From NCBI GenBank assembly GCA_018208355.1, contig CP062796.1, positions 621,217 through 685,216 on the forward strand: a DNA stretch of 64,000 bases, in the 5' to 3' direction. This DNA comes from Candidatus Fermentithermobacillus carboniphilus. GTDB lineage: Bacteria; Bacillota; Sulfobacillia; Fermentithermobacillales; Fermentithermobacillaceae. The notes under the pieces were generated by a model, which was given only the letters and a program-made list of their open reading frames with translations, made no database searches and was not told the DNA's origin. Positions 56,726 to 64,000 of the stretch are shown piece by piece. The first letter of the stretch is position 1. Every line of letters begins with the position of its first letter. The translations under genes were made by a program, and so were the position numbers.

Positions 56726-58057
56726 TCATGAAAGGCCCAGTATCTCCCGGAGGCCGGCGAGGACCTCATCATCTCCAGCCTTAAGGGGGTCTTTTGACCC
56801 CAACTGGGCCAGATGGCGGCTCCCCCCGCCTCTCCCTCCCCACTTTTGCGATATCTTCGCCACTATCGCCGACGCATCCTCCTCAACCTGGAGATGACCG
56901 GAAACTTTTTCACTCTCTCCTGCCTCCGGCACCGCTACAACCAGCCCAAAGCGCGGTCCTCTCGATAAGACCACAGTCACCTTGTCCGTTAAATCACTCA
57001 CTCTTCTGGCGATAACCCTGAGCTCGGCCTGGTCTTTGTCAGGGTAGATCTTTATGATTGCCTTCTTTCCGGGATCTTCATTGGTCGAACCACTTTCCTG
57101 CATCAGCTTCAGTATCTCCAGTTCAAGTAGATCCCTCTTAAGTTTCTCTATTTCTTTCTCGAGACAAGACACCTTTTTCAATAGACTTCCGACCACACCG
57201 GGGACTGCGCTTTCCCCCTGGGACAGGATCCGGGCGGTTTCGCTCAAAAGCCTCTCTTTCTCCGCGAGATCCCGGAGGGCTCTCCACCCACACCTGAATA
57301 TGACCCTCACTCCCCCGTGGGACCTATCGATTCCGTTGATCTTGATTATCCCTACCTGCCCGGTGGAACTCACGTGCGTCCCGCCGCAGGCGCAGGCGTC
57401 AAAATCCCCGATTTGCACGATCCTCACTAGCGGTTCTTCCACGGGTATCCTCACCCGGACACCGGGAGGGATCTCATCCCAGGGCCGTTCGACGATTTCA
57501 ACGGGTACATCTTTAAAGACTACTTCGTTGGCGAGATCCTCCGCTTGACGGATGAGGTCGTCTCCCAGCACCTGGACGTCAAGATCTATGGATACATAGT
57601 CTTTCCCGAGGTGGAATCCCCGGGTGCTGGCTCCAGCCACCTTTTCAAAGGCCCGTGAGAGGATGTGCTGGCCGGTATGCTGCTGCATGTGGTCAAAGCG
57701 CCGCTTCCAGTCGATCGCTCCTCGGACGCTTGAACCGGCTTCGAACTCCGTGAGAAAAGTCCCCGCCGAGCCGTCCCGCGGCATGTTCACAACGTGTACG
57801 ATCTCCCCATCCTCTTCCCGGACAAAGGACACGGGGAACCCTCGGGAAAGGCCGCCCGTCTTACCCTCGTTTTTCCCGGCTTCCGTTCCCGGCACTATTA
57901 TTATCCCGGTGTCGCTTGGCTGGCCTCCTCCTTCCGGATAAAAGAGGGTCGAGTCCAGGACCACGAAGACTTCATTTCCTTCTCTCCACGTCCTCACCAC
58001 GCGGGCCGAAAACTCAGCATCGTAAGGGTTTTCCCAGTAAAGCCGCCTGGTCGCCAC
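56726..58057 (-). CDS. Alanyl-tRNA editing protein (AlaX-like with DHHA1 tail)
   Basis: FYPEGGGQPSD, MQQHTGQHILS, CGGTHV, GRGGG. Confidence 0.9.
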   Translation of the reverse strand: MATRRLYWENPYDAEFSARVVRTWREGNEVFVVLDSTLFYPEGGGQPSDTGIIIVPGTEAGKNEGKTGGLSRGFPVSFVREEDGEIVHVVNMPRDGSAGTFLTEFEAGSSVRGAIDWKRRFDHMQQHTGQHILSRAFEKVAGASTRGFHLGKDYVSIDLDVQVLGDDLIRQAEDLANEVVFKDVPVEIVERPWDEIPPGVRVRIPVEEPLVRIVQIGDFDACACGGTHVSSTGQVGIIKINGIDRSHGGVRVIFRCGWRALRDLAEKERLLSETARILSQGESAVPGVVGSLLKKVSCLEKEIEKLKRDLLELEILKLMQESGSTNEDPGKKAIIKIYPDKDQAELRVIARRVSDLTDKVTVVLSRGPRFGLVVAVPEAGESEKVSGHLQVEEDASAIVAKISQKWGGRGGGSRHLAQLGSKDPLKAGDDEVLAGLREILGLS

Positions 58058-58145
58058 TTAAGACACCTCTTCTCTCTATCGCTCAACTTTACGGTCAGGC
58101 CGAGGCCCCCGGGCGGGGCAAACGCATCGCCGGATGAGCCGCTGA

Positions 58146-58925
58146 CTAGATCATGATCCCTTTTCCTCTCAGCAGATCTCTCAACTTCGAGCTCGGATCT
58201 TGCCTCGCGTATTTCCTAGAAATATGCTCTCCCCACCCGTACTTATCGTAACCCACGTCATCCTCGCCGCCTTCGGGTTTCGGTATCTTGGCGTTTAGGT
58301 TCTGGTAGTACCCTTCCCTTATGAGGCCGGCATCCATCACTTCGAGGGCCTTCTTGACCTCCTCTTCGGTGAGGTCGTGGTATTCATCGCGGAACAGGAC
58401 GCATGAAGTCGGTATCCTCGGCCTCGGAAGCGGTTTCTTCGCCGGATACCCAAGGGCCATGCCAACCAGAGGATATACCCTCTCTGGGAGTTTGAACATA
58501 TCAGTGAGAAGCGGCTCGATCATGGGGGCGCCGCCGAAAAAGCACGTACCGAGGCCAAGACTTTCGGCGGCCAGGACAAAGTTCATGGCCGCATAAGACA
58601 CGTCCTGGATTCCCAGGAAGAGCATTTGAACATCGCTGGCAGAGTTCTTGCGGTTCTTATACGCTATGAACTTCTCGAGCTTCCTAAAATCGAGACAGAA
58701 CAGGACAAACACAGGGGCGCCGGCGATAAACCTTCCGAGATACTTGGACAGAACCTCTTTTTTGTCCCGGTCTCTCGTGTAGATGAACGCATACATCTGC
58801 CCCGTGAAAGGGGCCTGTTGGGCGGCCCGCGCCAGCTTCCAAATGATCTCATCGGGAACGTCTTTATCGAGGTAAGCCCGGACCGTGGCGCGGTTCATGA
58901 TCACGTCTAGGACCTGGTTTTCCAA
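58146..58925 (-). CDS. Nitroreductase (NfsA-like)
   Basis: RATVRAY, AAESLGLGTC, PRPRIP; GGAGG RBS before TTG. Confidence 0.88.
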   Translation of the reverse strand: MENQVLDVIMNRATVRAYLDKDVPDEIIWKLARAAQQAPFTGQMYAFIYTRDRDKKEVLSKYLGRFIAGAPVFVLFCLDFRKLEKFIAYKNRKNSASDVQMLFLGIQDVSYAAMNFVLAAESLGLGTCFFGGAPMIEPLLTDMFKLPERVYPLVGMALGYPAKKPLPRPRIPTSCVLFRDEYHDLTEEEVKKALEVMDAGLIREGYYQNLNAKIPKPEGGEDDVGYDKYGWGEHISRKYARQDPSSKLRDLLRGKGIMI

Positions 58926-59098
58926 GAAAAACACCTCCTCTGCCGAGTCAACTAAACTCCTTCTCCACGGTCCTGCATTTTCCCTTTGACGGAGCACACG
59001 CAGGATGCGATTTGAGCTCGTTGCAAGATAGCCTCTTGAAAACAGAAAGGAGAGAGCCTCACGGCAGGTCTCACCGAGTTCCCAAACAAACGGGACTT

Positions 59099-59116
59099 TT
59101 TATAGTTTTTCTTACG
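59099..59116 (+). promoter_or_regulatory. Possible KdpE binding site
   Basis: TTTATAGTTTTTCTTACG resembles the E. coli KdpE box; TATAAT at 59160. Confidence 0.4.
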
Positions 59117-59223
59117 TTTACCACCCTATTTTTGACCTTAAATTTAGGCAGCCCGGAGGTATAATTGTTACCAGTTTCAGAAAAACAACTTATAACGGCA
59201 TGGAAACTCATAAGGGGATGAAT

Positions 59224-59310
59224 ATGCTAGATATCCTTCTGGGGGCCGTAGTTTCTATAGGTCTCTTTATTTATCTAATCTACACCTTAATGAGGGCGGA
59301 AGAACTCTAG
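59224..59310 (+). CDS. kdpF: K+-ATPase subunit F
   Basis: MLDILLGAVVSIGLFIYLIYTLMRAEEL directly before kdpA. Confidence 0.85.
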   Translation: MLDILLGAVVSIGLFIYLIYTLMRAEEL

Positions 59311-59321
59311 AGGGCGGAGGT

Positions 59322-61033
59322 GTGTTTCGTTTGAGTTTCGACCTACTTCAGATGGGTTCTTACTTGGCGGTGCTTTTACTCTTGGCTGTCCCCCTAGGGT
59401 ATTACATGGCCCGGGTTTTCAGTGGGGAGAGAACGCTTCTAGACCCAATCTTGAAACGTCTAGAAAGGGCTTTTTACCGCGTAGCCCGGGTTGATGTTAC
59501 AAAAGAGATGGGGTGGCGCGAGTACGCGCTATCGCTCTTAGTTTTTAGTTTCTTGGGAATGCTTACCGTTTACCTGATTCAGCGACTCCAAGGAATACTT
59601 CCTTTCAATCCCGAACATTTTGGCGCTGTGCGGCCAGATCTGGCTTTCAATACGGCGGTAAGCTTTGTCACCAATACTAATTGGCAGGCCTATGCCGGCG
59701 AAAGGACCATGAGCTACTTCACCCAGATGGCTGCTTTGACGGTGCAAAATTTCTTATCAGCTGCTACGGGCATCGCAGTAGCGTTAGCCTTAACCCGGGG
59801 TTTTACCCGGCGGGAGACAGGCTTTTTGGGCAATTTCTGGGTAGATATTACCCGGACTACCCTTTGGGTACTATTACCGCTTTCTTTGATTCTAGCTTTG
59901 GTCCTGGTTTCCCAAGGAGTTATTCAAAACTTAAGCCCCTACTTAAAAATTACAACCCTAGAAGGGAAGGAACAGATCCTGGCTATGGGGCCGGTGGCTT
60001 CCCAGGAGGCCATCAAACTTTTGGGTACAAACGGAGGAGGATTTTTCAACGCTAATTCCGCCCACCCTTATGAAAATCCCACGCCTTTCACCAATTTACT
60101 GGAAATGTTAGCCATACAAATTATTCCCGCAGCTTTACCGATAACCTTTGGCCGGTTAGTAGGAGATCGGCGCCAGGGACTGGTTATCCTGGCCGCTATG
60201 TTTTTGCTCTTTGTCTTGGGCTTAACCATAGTTTACGCCAGCGAATATTACGGTAATCCCCTAATCAAAGCTCTGGGGGTAAGTTCTCCTACAACCATGG
60301 AGGGCAAAGAAGTGAGATTCGGTTTGGCCCAATCTTCTTTGTTTGCAACTATAACCACTGCCGTAGCTTGTGGGGCCGTTAACTCGATGCACGACAGTTT
60401 TACGCCATTCGCCGGATTAATTCTCCTCCTCCAGATGATGGTAGGAGAAGTCGTTTTCGGGGGTGCCGGAGCAGGGCTATTTGGGATGCTAGTCTTCGTT
60501 CTCCTCACGGTGTTTATCGTTGGGCTTATGGTGGGTCGCACCCCTGAGTACCTCGGTAAAAAAATCGAAGCTCGGGAGATGAAGATGGTTACGTTGGCCG
60601 TACTCATCCCCGGTGCCGCCATACTCTTGGGTAGCGCCGTAGCGGCAGTTACCAAGATTGGCACTTTTTCCCTTTCAAACCCGGGGCCCCACGGGTTAAG
60701 CGAAATCCTGTATGCCTTTTCCTCAGGAGCCGCGAATAACGGCAGCGCCTTTGCGGGGCTGAATTCTAACACTCCTTTTTACAATATAACGTTAGGCATC
60801 GCTATGCTTGTGGGCCGTTTTGGGGTTATCCTGCCCGTTTTGGCCGTAGCCGGCAGCCTGGCGGCCAAGAAGACTATACCGCCAGGGCCAGGTACTTTCC
60901 AGACCACCACCCCCTTTTCGTTCTTCTGCTCGCTTTAGTGGTGCTTATTGTTGGGGCTCTGACCTTTTTTCCCGCCCTGGCGCTGGGTCCTATAGTAGAG
61001 CATCTCTTAATGTTAAGCGGCAAAAGCTTTTGA
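59322..61033 (+). CDS. kdpA: K+-ATPase subunit A, frameshifted near 60915
   Basis: TNTNWQ, GTNGGG, NNGSAF. The conserved end [18 protein letters not shown] is in another frame and stops at 61033. Confidence 0.9.
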
Positions 61034-61092
61034 GATGGCCAGAGAAACTGAGGCTGCTAAGTCAAGCCGGAGAAAGAGGGGCTTGAACGTAT

Positions 61093-63156
61093 ATGGTGCG
61101 GGAACACGATATATCTAATCGCCAGGCCAAATCCACGGCAAGTTTAATGCGCTCTCTCGTATTATCGGCTGTTAAAGACGCCTTTCTTAAATTGGATCCC
61201 CGCTTCCAATGGCGAAATCCGGTGATGTTTGTAGTAGAAATCGGGGCTTTACTCACCACTTTTTTCACTTTTCGCGACGTGCTGGCGGGGATAAAAGAGT
61301 CCACAAACCTCAATTTGCAGCTTACCTTGTGGCTTTGGTTGACTGTTCTTTTCGCTAATTTTGCTGAGGCTTTGGCCGAAGGCCGGGGCAAGGCCCAAGC
61401 TGCTACCCTGCGTCGTACAAGAAAGGAAACGGTGGCCAAGAAACTGGTTGGTGGTCAGATAAAAAAGGTACCCGCTTCAGAACTGCGCAAGGGCGATATC
61501 GTCCTGGTTGAAGCCGGAGATATCATCCCGGGAGACGGGGAGGTGATTGAGGGGATCGCTTCCGTAGATGAAAGCGCTGTCACAGGAGAATCGGCCCCAG
61601 TCATCAGGGAATCGGGAGGCGACCGCGGTTCTGTAACAGGGGGTACGCGAGTTCTTTCGGACTGGATCAAGGTACGTATAACGGCCAATCCAGGAGAAAC
61701 TTTTCTGGACCGGATGATAAGCCTGGTAGAAGGAGCTAAGAGGCAGAAGACGCCTAATGAGATAGCTTTGACCATATTGCTGATAGCTATGACTATCCTT
61801 TTTCTTCTTGCGGTGGCCACTCTGGAAGCCTTTGCTCTTTACTCAGGTACGGTGGCACCCGTACCCGTGTTAATCGCTTTGTTGGTGTGCCTTATACCCA
61901 CCACGATAGGAGGGTTATTAAGCGCCATAGGGATCGCGGGTATGGATAGATTACTTAAACGCAATGTGCTGGCCATGTCCGGTCGGGCTGTGGAAGCGGC
62001 CGGAGACGTAGATGTCCTGCTTCTAGACAAAACGGGAACTATTACCCTAGGCAATCGTATGGCGACTTCCTTTATACCCGCTCCAGGTATATCCGAAGAA
62101 GAACTGGCGGACGCGGCCCAACTAGCATCATTGGCCGATGAGACCCCAGAAGGTAGGAGCATTGTAGTTTTGGCCAAAAAAGAATTTAACCTCAGGGAAC
62201 GAGATTTAAGCAGTTTAAAGGCCACTTTCGTCCCCTTTAGCGCCCACACTCGCATGAGCGGCGTAAACATAGCAGGAAGGGAAATACGAAAAGGGGCGGC
62301 AGATGCTATTGAGGCTTATGTGAAACAACGGGGAGGCGCGTTGCCGGAGGAGGTCAAGGCCACGGTGGAAAGGGTGACTCGGGAAGGGGGAACCCCCCTG
62401 GTCGTGGCTGAGGGACGCAAAGTGTTGGGAGTCATTTACCTCAAGGATGTGGTAAAGGGAGGGATTAAGGAGCGCTTCGCCCGGTTACGCCGAATGGGTA
62501 TCAAAACGGTAATGATTACGGGGGATAACCCATTGACAGCAGCAGCCATTGCCGCGGAAGCAGGCGTGGATGATTTTCTGGCCGAAGCTACCCCGGAGGC
62601 CAAGCTTAGACTTATCCGCGAGTATCAGGCCAGGGGGCATATGGTGGCCATGACGGGCGATGGGACCAACGATGCCCCGGCTTTGGCCCAGGCTGATGTG
62701 GGAGTAGCCATGAACACCGGGACCAGCGCGGCCAAAGAAGCGGGAAATATGGTAGATTTAGATAGCAATCCCACAAAACTCGTAGAGATCGTCGAAATCG
62801 GCAAACAGCTCCTGATGACGCGGGGCGCTTTGACTACTTTTAGCGTAGCTAATGATGTGGCCAAGTATTTTGCCATTATCCCTGCCCTGTTTACCACCGC
62901 TTATCCAGAGCTCAAAGTTTTAAACATAATGGGACTGGCTACTCCTACCAGCGCTATTCTTTCCGCGGTCATCTTTAACGCGTTGATTATAATAGCCCTG
63001 ATCCCTTTGGCCCTCCGGGGGATTGCCTACCGGCCGTTAGGAGCCAACGCCATCCTTAAGCGCAATCTTTTAATATACGGCTTGGGCGGTTTAATAGCCC
63101 CGTTTATAGGCATAAAACTTATCGACTTGCTCTTGATCGCCTTAGGGCTGGTTTAA
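61093..63156 (+). CDS. kdpB: K+-ATPase subunit B
   Basis: [20 protein letters not shown]. Confidence 0.97.
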   Translation: MVREHDISNRQAKSTASLMRSLVLSAVKDAFLKLDPRFQWRNPVMFVVEIGALLTTFFTFRDVLAGIKESTNLNLQLTLWLWLTVLFANFAEALAEGRGKAQAATLRRTRKETVAKKLVGGQIKKVPASELRKGDIVLVEAGDIIPGDGEVIEGIASVDESAVTGESAPVIRESGGDRGSVTGGTRVLSDWIKVRITANPGETFLDRMISLVEGAKRQKTPNEIALTILLIAMTILFLLAVATLEAFALYSGTVAPVPVLIALLVCLIPTTIGGLLSAIGIAGMDRLLKRNVLAMSGRAVEAAGDVDVLLLDKTGTITLGNRMATSFIPAPGISEEELADAAQLASLADETPEGRSIVVLAKKEFNLRERDLSSLKATFVPFSAHTRMSGVNIAGREIRKGAADAIEAYVKQRGGALPEEVKATVERVTREGGTPLVVAEGRKVLGVIYLKDVVKGGIKERFARLRRMGIKTVMITGDNPLTAAAIAAEAGVDDFLAEATPEAKLRLIREYQARGHMVAMTGDGTNDAPALAQADVGVAMNTGTSAAKEAGNMVDLDSNPTKLVEIVEIGKQLLMTRGALTTFSVANDVAKYFAIIPALFTTAYPELKVLNIMGLATPTSAILSAVIFNALIIIALIPLALRGIAYRPLGANAILKRNLLIYGLGGLIAPFIGIKLIDLLLIALGLV

Positions 63157-63219
63157 AGAATAGGGTTTTGCTCTCGATAGGGTAAGTACTAAACTTAAGC
63201 TTTGTGGAAGGGATATTAC

Positions 63220-63792
63220 ATGAAAAGGATACTTTTGACTTCAAGCTTAATGCTTCTCACCATGACACTGCTTTTAGGGTTCATATATCCCCTGGCCACC
63301 ACTGGCCTTGCTTATCTCCTTTTTCCCCGCCAAGCTAGTGGATCCCTAATTTACCGCGACGGGAGGGTGGTGGGTTCGGAGCTCATAGGGCAGAAATTTA
63401 CCGATCCCCGGTATTTTCACGGCCGTCCTTCGGCCGCAGGAGAAGGGTACGATGCCTCTGCATCGGGAGGTTCTAATTTAGGCCCGACTAATAAGAAGTT
63501 GTTAGAAACTATCGCCGAACGGCTGGCTGTAGTCCGGGAGGAGAACGGATTATCGACAAATGAAGCGGTGCCTGCTGACCTGGTGACATGTTCAGCAAGT
63601 GGGCTAGATCCACATATAAGCCCGGAGGCCGCTCTTATTCAAGTACCCCGGATAGCCCGGGCACGGGGAGTACCAGAAGAAAAGATAAGACAGCTTGTGG
63701 AACAACACATTGAGGGTCGCCAGTTTGGCTTTTTGGGCGAACCCGTGGTGAACGTCTTAAAGCTTAACCTAGCTTTGGATGCCTTACGTTAA
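63220..63792 (+). CDS. kdpC: K+-ATPase subunit C
   Basis: [31 protein letters not shown]. Confidence 0.96.
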   Translation: MKRILLTSSLMLLTMTLLLGFIYPLATTGLAYLLFPRQASGSLIYRDGRVVGSELIGQKFTDPRYFHGRPSAAGEGYDASASGGSNLGPTNKKLLETIAERLAVVREENGLSTNEAVPADLVTCSASGLDPHISPEAALIQVPRIARARGVPEEKIRQLVEQHIEGRQFGFLGEPVVNVLKLNLALDALR

Positions 63793-63808
63793 AAGGTGGT
63801 CAGTTTCA

Positions 63809-64000
63809 ATGGAGAAGGAGCACCGGCCAGATCCAGAGGCTCTTTTGCAGCACATTGAACAACAAAAGCGAGGGAGGCTAACCGTTTTCTTGGGGGCTGC
63901 CGCAGGAGTCGGCAAAACCTATGCGATGCTGGAAGCAGCCCAGGAGAGGTTAAAAGAGGGTGTAGACGTAGTAGTGGGCTGGGTAGAAACCCACGGCCGG
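63809..64000 (+). CDS. kdpD: Sensor kinase KdpD, N-terminal part
   Basis: RPDPEALL...RGRLTVFLGAAAGVGKTYAML...VETHGR; runs off the window. Confidence 0.93.
   Translation, partial: MEKEHRPDPEALLQHIEQQKRGRLTVFLGAAAGVGKTYAMLEAAQERLKEGVDVVVGWVETHGR

Noticed and set aside
59000-59200. c-di-AMP (ydaO) riboswitch upstream of kdp
   Set aside because: Conserved GCTGAATCC and CAGCTAAC elements not found; KdpD is present instead.

Overview
Chromosomal window from a moderately GC-rich, probably anaerobic Firmicute (Bacillota); the taxonomy is inferred from gene content only. Most of it is housekeeping or metabolic: dnaE-pfkA-pyk, nth, murD, an aspartate aminotransferase, iorAB, sigI-rsgI, dinG, nrdR-nrdJ, yhaO/yhaN-like genes, an ECF sigma/anti-sigma/PspC operon, alaX and kdpFABC(D). 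The strongest candidate for an undescribed system is at 1460-4180. A 79-aa secreted pro-peptide carries two copies of TTCDDGPGIPIPIPPG that differ only at synonymous positions. It has its own terminator and lies directly upstream of a 642-aa XRE-HTH / STAND-like winged-helix / TPR regulator, with repeated TCTGWCAG boxes upstream and an S9 peptidase downstream. This looks like an atypical RRNPP-style peptide communication module. Other notable items: (1) a decayed NYN nuclease with a convergent structured small RNA next to tRNA-Leu; (2) a yybP-ykoY (Mn2+) riboswitch controlling an orphan oadB-oadG pair; (3) an RsgI whose Asn-Pro autocleavage motif is replaced by an SEA-like PG/S motif; (4) an IclR-controlled HOGA-like aldolase / alanine-glyoxylate aminotransferase cluster; (5) recurrent low-complexity in-frame insertions in core proteins; (6) several broken genes (SDR, NYN, mazF, frameshifted kdpA). 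All calls come from motif recognition by eye; no searches were run.
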